Made by a program: the position numbers and the translations under genes
From: an uncultured virus (IMG/VR IMGVR_UViG_3300044678_003135)
Taxonomy: Duplodnaviria; Heunggongvirae; Uroviricota; Caudoviricetes
Direction: 5' to 3' (one strand)
Virus record (IMG/VR): IMGVR_UViG_3300044678_003135
Length of the DNA: 64,000 bases
Part shown: positions 25,958 to 36,289 of the stretch, piece by piece
How positions within the stretch are numbered: the stretch's first letter is position 1
How the letters are laid out: each line of letters starts with the position of its first letter
The notes under the pieces: model-generated
What the model saw: only the letters and a program-made list of their open reading frames with translations
Database searches by the model: none
What the model was told of the DNA's origin: nothing

Positions 25958-26370
25958 AGGCCTACCTCAAGACACCCCCAACCGACTGGGATGAGATCCA
26001 GCTGGTGCTCACCAGCGGCCTGACACTGGATCCGCGCTGGCATGCCGAGCGGCTGCCGTTCCAGCCGGTGGATGCCGTGCTTAAGGCCTACCACTGGGCC
26101 CTGAAGGAGAAGGCGAAGCGCACCAACGAAATGAGCACCACCATGGCCCGGCTGGCGGAGATGGTGGAGATTGCCGCCTTCCCAGGGTTGGGCAACAAGG
26201 CCCGGGGCCAGGACGCCTTCCTGCCCTTCAAGCTCATCGACGCCCCGGGCAAGAACGCCCGGATCACTGAGGAGACGGCCAAGGTGATCCGCTGGCTGAT
26301 CAGCAATGGGCAGATGCCCCAGCGGGTGCTGGTGCTGGCCCTGGCGGAGCTGGATCGCAGCGGGTTCTGA
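25879..26370 (+). CDS. Frameshifted extension of the tail chaperone (gpT-like)
   Basis: Same frame as track ORF 26005-26370; open back to the slippery site. Confidence 0.8.
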   Translation, partial: GKASGTGEEAPSSAEELTRSEHRDRIEAYLKTPPTDWDEIQLVLTSGLTLDPRWHAERLPFQPVDAVLKAYHWALKEKAKRTNEMSTTMARLAEMVEIAAFPGLGNKARGQDAFLPFKLIDAPGKNARITEETAKVIRWLISNGQMPQRVLVLALAELDRSGF

Positions 26371-26413
26371 AGATCACGGGCCCAGACTGACCCCAAGCAG
26401 GGATAAACAGGGT

Positions 26414-29400
26414 TTGACCCAGAGCGGTGGCGGCGGCGAGTACAGCCTTGGCACAGCCACGCTGACCCTGCGCGGCGACATGCAGCCGCTGGAGCGGGAC
26501 CTGGCGCGCATGCGGCAGGTGATCGCCGACATGGAGAAGCGGGGCACCAACATCCCCGCCCCCAACATCCCGCCGCCGCCGCCGGAGACACAGCGCGGCT
26601 ACGAGGGGCTCCTCAAGACCCTGGAGCAGCTGCGGCGCGGCATGCAGGGCGATGGGGAAGCGTTCAAAGCGCTGCAGGAGCAGCTCCGTGGTGCGGGCCA
26701 GGCAGCTGGCGCCGCTGGTGGTGCTGGTGGCTTTGGCGGTGCTGGCGACGCCTTGGGCGGCCTGCTGGGCATGGCCGGCAAGGCGATCCCGATGCTGGGC
26801 CAGCTGGGCCTGGCGGCCACCGGCATCCAGTCGATCTTCGGGGGGATGGCCGGGGCGATCAATGCCGTGCTGGGCCCTTTGCAGCAGCTATCGGCAGAGG
26901 CCGGCCGGCTCAACAAACAAGTGGCGGAGGCTGGGATTTTTGCGGCGCAATCGTTCGCGATCCTCGGCCCGGACGGGAAGTTGGTGGAGGGCACCGCCCG
27001 CCAGATGCAAATGGTGCGCGGCGCCATCCTCAAGGAATACAAGGGGATCCAGCAGGAGGTGGCCAACATCTCCGGCGCGACAGCTGGGGAGATCTATGAG
27101 GGCTTCAACATCGTCCTCAGCAACATCAGCAGCCTGGGCGCCAAAGGCACCACGGAGAACGCCGCCAAGTTGGCCACCAGGATTGCCGCCGGCATGAACA
27201 CTCTTGGCGTGCCTGGCTACCAGCTGCGGGGTGAGGTGAATGCCCTGATGATGGGCAACATCGGGCCTGACGCGATGCTGGCCAAGAAGCTGGGCATCAG
27301 CGGGGATGACGTTCGGCAGCAGCAGGCGCAGGGCACCTACTACGACTTCCTGATGGGGAAGCTGCAGAAGCTCTACGAAGGGCAGAAAGTCCTGGCTCTC
27401 TCGCTGGCAAACGTCAAGTCCAATTTCGACGACGTGAACCAGGCGATCTCTTCCGAGGCCGGCCAGCCGCTGGAGCGGGACACGGCGACGATGATGCAGT
27501 CGATCCTGGTCACGTTCAAGAATCTGCAGGGGAGCTTTACCGGATTCTTTAAGTCGATCGCGGAAGCGGTGGGGCCGGTGATCAAGCTCTTCGGCCCGGT
27601 GGTGTCAATCCTGACCTCGATCGGTGCGGCGGCCTCCTCGGTCGGGCAGATCATCATGGATGTGGTCGGGACGGTCACGGCCGTGGTTGGCGGTGGCCTG
27701 ATGCCAATCCTCACCGCAGTGGCGCGGACAGGTGAACTGATCGCTCGCGTGGTGGGGCTGGTGGCGGAAGCCATTGGAGCCGTGATCAACCCGATCAAGG
27801 CGCTTTTTAACGTGGGAGGCGACACGCAAACCGCCGCCGTGTCGAGCTTCTTCGATCAGATGTTCACCGGTCTGGACAAAGTGAGCGGCGCCATCGATTC
27901 GTTTAATCAGAAATGGGCGGCGATGGTGCTCAACACCAACCTGGCGGCCGTGCGGGCAAACATGAAGCTGACCGGCAAGTCCGAGGAGGAGATCCAGGCG
28001 GCTTTAAACGACATCCGGGACCGCTACAAGCCCCAGAGCGGCCTCACGGAAGAGGTGCAGCTGCGCAGCCTCAAGGTGCCTGGTGCAACCCTGGATCGGA
28101 TTGAGGCCAGAGACCAACGGCTTGGCTTTGGATCGGCACGTGCCCTGGCCATCTCCAAAGAATGGGCAGACATCAAGCAGAAGGCCTATCAGAACGAGAT
28201 CAAGAGCCTGGAGCAGGGCCTCACCTTGATGAACAAACAGCGGGAGGTGGCTGAGGCGATGAGCGCCGTGGCGGCTGCCCGGCGCGCCCTGCTGGCCCGC
28301 AGCTACGAGCTGGGGGTGCAGGTGGCAGCATCCCCCGAGGCCAAGGCCGCGGCCGAAACCCGCCTGGCGGATGTGAAGCTCCGGCAGGAGAAGGAAGCGA
28401 TCGCCGAACGGCGCGGGATCCTCCAGACCGAGCGGGAGCTCCAGCAGCGGCAGATGCTGATCCAGCAGACCCAGATCAAGATCCAGCAGGAGCAGCTCAA
28501 GATCCAGGTGGCTGAGGCCGAAGCGGAGCGGGAGCGGGTGCGAACGGATACCCAGGCATTCCTGAAAGCCAGGGGCAACACATCTCCCCGCAGCCCGGAA
28601 TGGATGGCCATGACCACTCAGCTCAACAAGCTGGCGGCGGAGCAGACCTTGAACAATGCCAAGGTGGACGGGAGCAGAAAAGCCCTGCACCTTGCCTTCC
28701 AGGCCGAGGCCCAACTGGGCACCATCAACGGCCTGGAGGCGCAACGTTTAGGGCTGCAGGAGCAGCAGCTCGATATTCAGGGCCAGACGGCGCAGTACAC
28801 CAGGGAGCAGCAGGCCCTGATGGCACAGATCAGCGCCGCAGAGCAGAAGATCACCAACGAGCTCACCAGGGCCACCAACATCCAGAACGAGAAGAAGCAG
28901 AAGCTGGAAGCGCAAACCGAAGAGATCAACCGCCAGCTGAAGCTCCAGGATCAGCAGGGCCGGATGGAGAAGGCCCGGGCCGATCTCGCCGCCACCCGGG
29001 CAAAGGCTGAGGTGCAGGCGGCGCAGCGGCTCGAGGAGGTGCAGGCGGCGCAGGAGCGGGCCCGCAATGGTGGCGGCACGGCGTCGGTGATCGAGGCCCA
29101 GATCGCGGCGGCCGCGGCCGGCGTGACGGGAATGGAGACCGCGGCCGAGGTGCAGAAGCGGCTGTATGACGCTCGGGACGCGCAGATGACCCGTGAGCAT
29201 GCGCTGCAGCAGCGCCAGCTGGAGGTGCAGCAGATGCGGGAGAAGAGCGAGGTGCGGATTCAGGAGCTGCAGCTGCGAGGCCAGCAGGTTGCTCTGGCGA
29301 TCGAGAAAGCCCGGCTGGTCGCCGATCTTGGCCGGTTGGGGCTGAGCCAGAAGCGGGATGCCCTGAGCCCGCAGCTGGCGGGGGCCAGCAGTGTGCCGGG

Positions 29401-31114
29401 GCTGCCTGGAACGCCGACTGGGATGACGGCCAACATCTTGCCCGGAACCAAAGGCGGCCCGAACTGGAACGAGGGGGTGGGCTACGGCCGCGGCCGGTTG
29501 CATGCCGGGCAGGATCTGGGGACGGATCCCAACGATCCGGTGGCGGCGCGGATGAATGGAGTGATTGAGCAGGCCTACGCCAAGGGGTTTGGCAAGGCTG
29601 GCGGTGCTGTCGTGATCAAGTATCAGGACGGGTCCAAAGGCACCTATGGCCATGTGAATCCACTGGTTGCCCAGGGGCAGAGCGTGTCGGCTGGTCAGCT
29701 CATTGCGAGGGTGACACCAGACGGAAACAACAGCCACTTGCATTACGAGCTGAGGAACGCTCAGGGCCAGCTGAACTTCAATCCAGGTGCAGCAATCCGT
29801 GCGGGCATGGCGGCGGGAGGACGCCCAGCGGCTGCCGCAGTGCCTGCGTCGGCAATCCGGGCGACCAACCTGGGCGGTGGAGGTGCTGCAGCTGGCGTGA
29901 GCGGCGGTCCGGTAACCAGCACCGCCAACCAAGAGCAGGGATTGCAGCAGGCACTGCAGGACAACACTCGGGTTCAAGGGGAAGTTGCCCAGGCCCTTAA
30001 GGACTTCGGGGAATACCAGAAGACGATCGGTAATGCTCAGTCGCTGGAGACAGAAAACCTCACCGAGCAGCAGCTGGCGGAGCGGGCCCAGTTCGAGTTT
30101 GAGCAGCGCAAGGCCCTCTTGACGGCCGAGGTGATGAAGACCTCCCAGGGCCAGCTGGGGCTGGCGGCTGGCGATGCGGTGAGCGGCAGCATCAGCGGCA
30201 GCCTGTCTGGCGCGATGCAGGCACTCTTAAACGGTGGTGACGTGAAGCAGGCGGTGTCGGGCGCTCTGGCGCAGGCCGGCCAGGGGCTGATGCAGGCCAC
30301 CATGGATGCCCTGCTGAACCCCCTGCTGGCAGAGCTGCAGAAAGGGATCTTCAAGACCGTCACCGGGGTGGATGTAGAAGCGCTGGCGTTGCAAAAGGCT
30401 GGAACCGATCTCACGGCCGCGGCTATCGAGCTGATGAGAGCCGGCACTGTTCTGGCCGGCAACGGCGGCACCGAGGCCGCGGCGATGAACTTCGCCTCCA
30501 ACCCCTTCGCCTCCAACCCCTTCGCCATTGCGGGCAAGCTCCTTGGTGGTGTTGGGGGCTTTTCCGGTGCCATGAACCTGGACTTCGGCATCCCTGCCCT
30601 GACCGGAATCCCAGATTTCTCCAGCGCCTTCACCCCTGGCCTGGCCGGCGGTGGAACTATGAAGTACGGCCTCGACTACCTGGTGGGTGAAAAGGGCGCC
30701 GAGATCGTGCGGTTCAACAAAGACGGCGGCCGGGTCTACTCCAACCGTGCCCTCACCCAGGCCCTTGGCGTGCCGTTCCAGCGGGCACCAGGCGGTGGGG
30801 CTGCCGTGGCCGATGGTGACAGCCTTGGGGTGCCGTTCAAGGCGGCCGGCTTTGCTGGTGGGATCCCCTTCCTCAAGGCTGGCCCCGGTGGCGCCCCCGG
30901 CAGCACCGGCAGCCCCGGCGGATCGGCGGCCGCCATGCCTCGATCCGCCCCAATCCGCCTCAGCGTCGAAAGCCAGGTCATCAACGGCGTGGAGTACGCC
31001 ACCATCGAGCAGCTGCGGGAGGCCTCGGCGGCGGCGGCCCAGGCCGGCCGGGATTCGGCCTACGACGGCATGCGCAACAACCCCTCCATTCAGCGCTCGC
31101 TGGGGATGCGCTGA
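26414..31114 (+). CDS. Tape measure protein with M23 peptidase domain
   Basis: ~1570 aa Ala/Gln-rich coiled coil; HAGQD...YGHV...HLHYE; LVGEKGAE; TTG start inferred. Confidence 0.9.
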   Translation: MTQSGGGGEYSLGTATLTLRGDMQPLERDLARMRQVIADMEKRGTNIPAPNIPPPPPETQRGYEGLLKTLEQLRRGMQGDGEAFKALQEQLRGAGQAAGAAGGAGGFGGAGDALGGLLGMAGKAIPMLGQLGLAATGIQSIFGGMAGAINAVLGPLQQLSAEAGRLNKQVAEAGIFAAQSFAILGPDGKLVEGTARQMQMVRGAILKEYKGIQQEVANISGATAGEIYEGFNIVLSNISSLGAKGTTENAAKLATRIAAGMNTLGVPGYQLRGEVNALMMGNIGPDAMLAKKLGISGDDVRQQQAQGTYYDFLMGKLQKLYEGQKVLALSLANVKSNFDDVNQAISSEAGQPLERDTATMMQSILVTFKNLQGSFTGFFKSIAEAVGPVIKLFGPVVSILTSIGAAASSVGQIIMDVVGTVTAVVGGGLMPILTAVARTGELIARVVGLVAEAIGAVINPIKALFNVGGDTQTAAVSSFFDQMFTGLDKVSGAIDSFNQKWAAMVLNTNLAAVRANMKLTGKSEEEIQAALNDIRDRYKPQSGLTEEVQLRSLKVPGATLDRIEARDQRLGFGSARALAISKEWADIKQKAYQNEIKSLEQGLTLMNKQREVAEAMSAVAAARRALLARSYELGVQVAASPEAKAAAETRLADVKLRQEKEAIAERRGILQTERELQQRQMLIQQTQIKIQQEQLKIQVAEAEAERERVRTDTQAFLKARGNTSPRSPEWMAMTTQLNKLAAEQTLNNAKVDGSRKALHLAFQAEAQLGTINGLEAQRLGLQEQQLDIQGQTAQYTREQQALMAQISAAEQKITNELTRATNIQNEKKQKLEAQTEEINRQLKLQDQQGRMEKARADLAATRAKAEVQAAQRLEEVQAAQERARNGGGTASVIEAQIAAAAAGVTGMETAAEVQKRLYDARDAQMTREHALQQRQLEVQQMREKSEVRIQELQLRGQQVALAIEKARLVADLGRLGLSQKRDALSPQLAGASSVPGLPGTPTGMTANILPGTKGGPNWNEGVGYGRGRLHAGQDLGTDPNDPVAARMNGVIEQAYAKGFGKAGGAVVIKYQDGSKGTYGHVNPLVAQGQSVSAGQLIARVTPDGNNSHLHYELRNAQGQLNFNPGAAIRAGMAAGGRPAAAAVPASAIRATNLGGGGAAAGVSGGPVTSTANQEQGLQQALQDNTRVQGEVAQALKDFGEYQKTIGNAQSLETENLTEQQLAERAQFEFEQRKALLTAEVMKTSQGQLGLAAGDAVSGSISGSLSGAMQALLNGGDVKQAVSGALAQAGQGLMQATMDALLNPLLAELQKGIFKTVTGVDVEALALQKAGTDLTAAAIELMRAGTVLAGNGGTEAAAMNFASNPFASNPFAIAGKLLGGVGGFSGAMNLDFGIPALTGIPDFSSAFTPGLAGGGTMKYGLDYLVGEKGAEIVRFNKDGGRVYSNRALTQALGVPFQRAPGGGAAVADGDSLGVPFKAAGFAGGIPFLKAGPGGAPGSTGSPGGSAAAMPRSAPIRLSVESQVINGVEYATIEQLREASAAAAQAGRDSAYDGMRNNPSIQRSLGMR

Positions 31115-31578
31115 TGATCGCCATCTGCGCCTACATCAGCTTCCAGGCCGCTGGTGTGCCGGTGCCTGGCTATGCCTGGCAGAACCTGTTCACCGGCCAG
31201 ACCCGCACCTATGACGGCCGCTCCCACGTGTTTCAGGCCTTTCGGATTTCAGACTCGGCCGGTGCCCGCGGCGGTGACCGCTCCCAGGGCCGGCTGGCAC
31301 TGAACCGCAACCAGCTGGCCCTGAACGTGCTAGCCGAGGCCCGTGCCAACCAGTGGAAGATCCGCGCCGATGTCGTCCTCTGCGATGTTGCCGCCGGCAG
31401 TGACGTGCGCCTGCTGTCGCGGCACCTATGGCGGCTGGGCCCGATCGAGCGGCGGGAGATCATCACCGTCACCCTCACCTCTCCCCTGGATGCGCTCCGC
31501 GGCGATGCGCCGCGCCGAAGGCTGACCGAGGCGCTGGTGGGGCAGGTGCCCGACACCGGCCAGATCTTCCTCACCTGA
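31114..31578 (+). CDS. Minor tail protein (gpL-like position)
   Basis: Synteny after the tape measure; LTSPLDA...PRRRL. Confidence 0.65.
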   Translation: MIAICAYISFQAAGVPVPGYAWQNLFTGQTRTYDGRSHVFQAFRISDSAGARGGDRSQGRLALNRNQLALNVLAEARANQWKIRADVVLCDVAAGSDVRLLSRHLWRLGPIERREIITVTLTSPLDALRGDAPRRRLTEALVGQVPDTGQIFLT

Positions 31579-32018
31579 TGGCCATGCCGCACGCCAACCA
31601 GGCCGCACCCTGGATTCGCTATCTGGGGCTGCCCTACCGGTGGGGGGGGGATCCGGATCGCCATGGCGGCACCGACTGCCTGCGCCTCACCATGGCCGTG
31701 CTGGATCTCTACGACGCGCCCCGGCCGGCGCTGATCAAGCGCGAGTGGTATGAGGCCGCCGGCCGGGGCCGCTGGAAGCCGCTGCTCGAGGAGCTTGCCG
31801 CCGGCAGCAGCACAGTGCCCGGAGCTATGCCGCTGGATGTGGCGTTGCTGGCTGGCGGCGCCCCGATCGCCCTGGGGGTGTGCGTGGCTGGAGGGGTGCT
31901 CACCACTTGTCAGGGGCAGGGCGTGCACTGGCGGCCGCTGGCCGCCTGCCGCGTGCGCCGCTGGTTTCGCTTCCTGCCGTCAGCCGTCACCGTTCCCGCG
32001 CCCATCTTGATCCTGTGA
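31578..32018 (+). CDS. NlpC/P60-like tail tip assembly protein (gpK-like)
   Basis: YLGLPYRWGG...GTDC. Confidence 0.75.
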   Translation: MAMPHANQAAPWIRYLGLPYRWGGDPDRHGGTDCLRLTMAVLDLYDAPRPALIKREWYEAAGRGRWKPLLEELAAGSSTVPGAMPLDVALLAGGAPIALGVCVAGGVLTTCQGQGVHWRPLAACRVRRWFRFLPSAVTVPAPILIL

Positions 32019-35000
32019 CGCGACACCCCCGCCCCCTGCCAGGTGATGCCTACCTGGCGCAGCTGCTCGGCTGGAGCGAAGACCAGCTGCTGCACTACCA
32101 GCTGGAACGTCAGCAGGCCGCGGCATTCGAGCTAACGCGGAATCCACCGATCGCCACCTGCGAATCCGGCACCCTGGCTGCGGTCTCGCTGGCCGTCAGC
32201 ATCCTGTCGGCCGGTTACACCATCGTTTCCGCCCTGCTGGCGCCCAAGGGGCAGCCCGGCCGGGTCATCAGCAGTCAGCAACAGGGCGAGACCATCGTTG
32301 ATGGCGCTCGCTATTCCCCCCGGCCTGGCTTCGATTCGCTGCAGGAGGTAGCAAGGCTTGGCAGCCTGATTCCGATCACCTTTGCCAGGCGGGAGTACCT
32401 GCCGGCCCAGAACGGAAGGCCCGCGGGTTGGTACGGCGGCTGCCGCGTCGATCTTGGCCTGGTCTGGTCCCGGATGACCAGCCTGGGTGGTTCGCAGCTG
32501 TTCAGCGGGGTCTACGTGCTCGGCGAAGGGCCGATGGCGGAGATTGATCCGGCCGGTTTTGCGCTGGGCAACAACCTCTTGCTCTCCTACGACCTGGGCA
32601 GCGCTGAAGCCAATGAGGCCGCGGCTCGCGTCACCCTCTACAGCCGCCTGAACGGGGGACGGATTCGATCCAGCGACCGCATCGCCGGTCGCCTGGCGGC
32701 CAACGACATCGGCAATCTGGAAAACGCTGGTGCCGCTGATGTCTTTCAGGTGCGCAGCACCGGCGGCGTCATCCGTCCTGACGCCTGTGCAGCCTCCCGG
32801 CCCAGCAACTCCACGACCTGTGGCCTCTACGCCACCATGGGCAATGGCCTGGGGTTGCGGACCAACCCACAGTTGCGCCCCACCAGGCAATTCGCGACAA
32901 AGCCTGAGGGCAGCAGTGGCGCTCAGAAGATCGATCCGGCCGACGATCCGGTGGCACTGGGCGCCGTGTGGAAGGGCCGCCTGATGTGGGCGGGTCGTTG
33001 TGGCATCGTGGCGACATCAAATGGCAATACAGATGGGAACATCAGTCTCAGCGCAGGCGATACGTTTGATTATCTGCTCTCTAACACCACGGATGCCAAC
33101 ACCAAACTACGGTTTGATAGCAACAACACCGACATTGGCAGTGGCGATGCCTTTCACGTCGAAACTGGCACCGATGTAGCCGCAACAATCAGTGGTCGTC
33201 AACGATCGATCGATGATGGCTTAGTGCTGGGTGAAATCTATAAATGTGGTAGTTGCTTGGCAGTATTGCAGCAACGCATTCCCGCGGACGAAACATTCTC
33301 GTCTGATGCTGACAACCAACCGGTCGGCAATGGGCAACCGATCACAGCACGCTTTCGCGTCATAAGAGCTGGTGTTGTCACTAAATCATCAGGACAAGAC
33401 ATCAACCCATCCTCCACAGGAACAACGGCCTATCCCGCCCGAGTGGATGTGTCCAATGGCTGGAGCTGGACTTCATCCGTGGTTGACCCTGGGCCCCGCT
33501 ATTCCAGCGGCACCAGCAGGGGGCATCTCCATCGCTGCGCCGTGGCTGATTTCACGCTGAACAAGCCGGCCAGGGTGATCGAGATCGGTCTGCGCAGCAC
33601 GGTGGGCATTCGAGGCAGCGGCTTTGCCAACCTCAGGCAGGCGCCAACGCTGACCGAGATCAACCGCCTGGCCGGCGGTGAACGAGAAGGGCAGACGCTG
33701 GGGTCAGGGAGCAAGATCGGGATCGCTGTCTATCAGGGTGGCGCCAGAAGTTTCGTAGAAGAGCGCTACAGCTTCATCCGTATCAGCTACCGGCCCGAGG
33801 GTGCCGCCACATTTGTGGAGCTGCCCTCCATCTACGGCGTGCGCGGGCTGACCCAGCAGGCGCAGTACAACAGCCTGCAGCTGGAGCTCCCTGCTGGCAG
33901 CCGTTGCGCACAGGTACGGCTCGAACCGCTTTCTGGCTGGGAGATCCGCTCGGGCACCGCTGCTGGTCAGCTGGTGGTGCTCGATAGCCGCACGGCCACC
34001 CTGCAGACCGTGGTGGATGGCACCTGCACCGTTCGCTATGCCGGCGAGGCACCCTTCACCAGAACGGCTGATCGCTTCGCTCTGAAGTCGATTGAGCCTG
34101 AACAGGATCTGGGCCTTGGCTGGACCGATGGCACGGCAATGACCGACCCTTGGGGGAAGGTGGCGGAGGCGTTTGTTTACGAGGAGATCCAGAGCACGGC
34201 CAGCCAACGGCCTGAGCACGAAATCGCCTACATCAACATCATCCAGACCAACGCCACCACACCCACCTACGACGGCATTGCCGGGGTGGGCATGAACATC
34301 CGCTCAGCCCTGGAGCTTCAGAGCGTCAACCAGCTGTCAGCGCAGGTGATTGGCGGCCACATTTGTTCCCGCTACATCGAGGCCAACGAAGGGCCGACCC
34401 ATCTGCTGCCAGACATCTTCAGCCGGCTGGCGCTGAGCCCTGTCTTTGGCGCCGGGCAGGACGTGAGCGCCGAGCAGATCAATGCCGCCAGCTTCCTGGC
34501 GTCGGCGCAGTGGTGTTTCGACCGTCGCTACTTCTTCGATGGCACCCTGCCTCAGCCGGAAAACCTGCGGCAGTGGGCGGCCGATCAGGCGGGGCTGCAT
34601 CTGCTGGCCTTCTATGAGCTCAATGGACAGTTCTATTTCAAGCCGGCGCTGAGCTTCAATCCGGTGCCGATCGTGGACCTGTTCACCGCTGCAAACATCA
34701 AGGCGGGAACCTTCCAGAGCACCACCAGCGACGACGACCAGCGCCGACCGATCCAGGTCAGCGGGCTGTACCGAGAAGAACGCAGCAACAACGACCTGCT
34801 CTCTCCCGGTGTGTTCTCGACCGTGCGGGAGATCACGATTCGTGAGGCCTCGGGCAGCGACAGCGATCCGGTGGAACAGCTGGACATGAAGGCCAGCTGC
34901 ACCAACCGCTGGCATTTGATTGATGCGGCCAAGTATTTGATCCGCTGGAGACGGCTGGTGGGCGATCCGATCAGCTTCGAGACCACCTATGCCGGCATGC

Positions 35001-35401
35001 TGCGGCCCGTCGCGCCGGAGGATCACATCGCCGTGGCCTACGACGAAACGCTCGAAGACCTCTACAGCAACGGCGCCGTGATGCCCGATGGCACCCTGGT
35101 GGCCTCTGAGCCGCTGAGCGACGGCAGCTATGAGGTGCTGGCCTGGGATGGCACCACCCCGCCGGGCCCCACGATCCAGTCGCTGGTGGTGACAGAAGGC
35201 GGCACCAGGGGCAACCTGCTGGGCTCCCAGTGGACCCGCACCGCCCCCCCCCAGGTGCGCACCTATCGGGTGATGCGCGTCAACCCCACCGATGACGGCC
35301 GCCAACGGATCGAGGCGGTGCTGATGCCCACCGATGAGGATGGCCGCTTGCTGCTTTCCCTAGACTGGGATGAGCCCACCGCCTGGGTGATCCGCGGCTG
35401 A
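32015..35401 (+). CDS. Tail tip / central fibre protein (gpJ-like)
   Basis: ~1130 aa after the gpK-like gene; GFDSLQEVARLGSLIP, FFDG, GQFYFKP. Confidence 0.8.
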   Translation: MTRHPRPLPGDAYLAQLLGWSEDQLLHYQLERQQAAAFELTRNPPIATCESGTLAAVSLAVSILSAGYTIVSALLAPKGQPGRVISSQQQGETIVDGARYSPRPGFDSLQEVARLGSLIPITFARREYLPAQNGRPAGWYGGCRVDLGLVWSRMTSLGGSQLFSGVYVLGEGPMAEIDPAGFALGNNLLLSYDLGSAEANEAAARVTLYSRLNGGRIRSSDRIAGRLAANDIGNLENAGAADVFQVRSTGGVIRPDACAASRPSNSTTCGLYATMGNGLGLRTNPQLRPTRQFATKPEGSSGAQKIDPADDPVALGAVWKGRLMWAGRCGIVATSNGNTDGNISLSAGDTFDYLLSNTTDANTKLRFDSNNTDIGSGDAFHVETGTDVAATISGRQRSIDDGLVLGEIYKCGSCLAVLQQRIPADETFSSDADNQPVGNGQPITARFRVIRAGVVTKSSGQDINPSSTGTTAYPARVDVSNGWSWTSSVVDPGPRYSSGTSRGHLHRCAVADFTLNKPARVIEIGLRSTVGIRGSGFANLRQAPTLTEINRLAGGEREGQTLGSGSKIGIAVYQGGARSFVEERYSFIRISYRPEGAATFVELPSIYGVRGLTQQAQYNSLQLELPAGSRCAQVRLEPLSGWEIRSGTAAGQLVVLDSRTATLQTVVDGTCTVRYAGEAPFTRTADRFALKSIEPEQDLGLGWTDGTAMTDPWGKVAEAFVYEEIQSTASQRPEHEIAYINIIQTNATTPTYDGIAGVGMNIRSALELQSVNQLSAQVIGGHICSRYIEANEGPTHLLPDIFSRLALSPVFGAGQDVSAEQINAASFLASAQWCFDRRYFFDGTLPQPENLRQWAADQAGLHLLAFYELNGQFYFKPALSFNPVPIVDLFTAANIKAGTFQSTTSDDDQRRPIQVSGLYREERSNNDLLSPGVFSTVREITIREASGSDSDPVEQLDMKASCTNRWHLIDAAKYLIRWRRLVGDPISFETTYAGMLRPVAPEDHIAVAYDETLEDLYSNGAVMPDGTLVASEPLSDGSYEVLAWDGTTPPGPTIQSLVVTEGGTRGNLLGSQWTRTAPPQVRTYRVMRVNPTDDGRQRIEAVLMPTDEDGRLLLSLDWDEPTAWVIRG

Positions 35402-35814
35402 TGGCGATGCTCCCCAACCCTTGCAATTTGATGTCACTTCCTCCCCCGTCCCACCTTTTCACAGCTGGAAACATTCAGGACGGCAGCTTCCAAAACGACC
35501 GCGACAAAGGTGAGGGAATCTGGTTTACAACCCCAGTCGTTGAAGGCCTCCGGCCTATCGGACTTGGATCACACATCCTTGTCGCTTACGAAGAAGGTCT
35601 GGTGGAATCTGTTGATTGCAAACCCCGGAGTTTTCAGGTGCGCTCGATTCTCACTTTCAACGGCATGCAACGGATCAACGCTCTCCCTGTCCCTGAGCCT
35701 GTGATAGGGGAGATCCGCTGGAAAGGCACTGTCGTGGCCAGGCTCAAGAGCATTGTGACCGCTCAGTTTTCTGAGCTGCCCAAACCTTGGCGGCGTCGAC
35801 AGTTCGGGGACTGA
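35401..35814 (+). CDS. Miniature paralogue of the tail tip protein C-terminus
   Basis: Three collinear blocks similar to the gpJ-like C-terminus; TGATG coupled at both ends. Confidence 0.7.
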   Translation: MAMLPNPCNLMSLPPPSHLFTAGNIQDGSFQNDRDKGEGIWFTTPVVEGLRPIGLGSHILVAYEEGLVESVDCKPRSFQVRSILTFNGMQRINALPVPEPVIGEIRWKGTVVARLKSIVTAQFSELPKPWRRRQFGD

Positions 35815-36233
35815 TGCCGATCCTCTTCCCGGCCATCGAGCCGACCAACTTCGCGTTCGTCATGCCCCGCCATCCGGTCACCAGCGCGGTGTCGGAAGCC
35901 GGCATCGAAGACCATCGGCTGTGGGGCACCGTCGCCGTTGGTGGAGCGCTCGAGCTGGAGTTCCGCAACATCAACACCGATCGAGCCACCGAGATTCTGA
36001 CCACCTTCCGCCAGAGCTACTCCGGCGTGCTGCCCCTGACGCTGCCCGACATCCTTTTCGCCGGGGTGTCGTTAGGTCACAAGGCCTTCATCGAGTCGGT
36101 CACCACCGGCGCCGGCCTGCGCTGGTTCTGGCCCCTCGGACAAGGCGCCCCCACCCCGCGGACTTCTCACACCTACCGCCACCGCTGCACCCTGCCGGTG
36201 CAGCTGCAGGCCCGGCTGCAGAACAGCCCCTAG
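35814..36233 (+). CDS. Distal-tail-like protein
   Basis: FPAIEP...LELEFRNI; position in the tail operon. Confidence 0.65.
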   Translation: MPILFPAIEPTNFAFVMPRHPVTSAVSEAGIEDHRLWGTVAVGGALELEFRNINTDRATEILTTFRQSYSGVLPLTLPDILFAGVSLGHKAFIESVTTGAGLRWFWPLGQGAPTPRTSHTYRHRCTLPVQLQARLQNSP

Positions 36234-36289
36234 AGCCTGGGCCGCTGCCCCTGCCTAGTCTCCTGATGTGGCCATGAGCTGAATCAGGG

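Noticed and set aside
30490..30525. 15-bp tandem repeat (FASNP x2) in the tape measure
   Set aside because: Short in-frame duplication in a low-complexity linker; no functional indication
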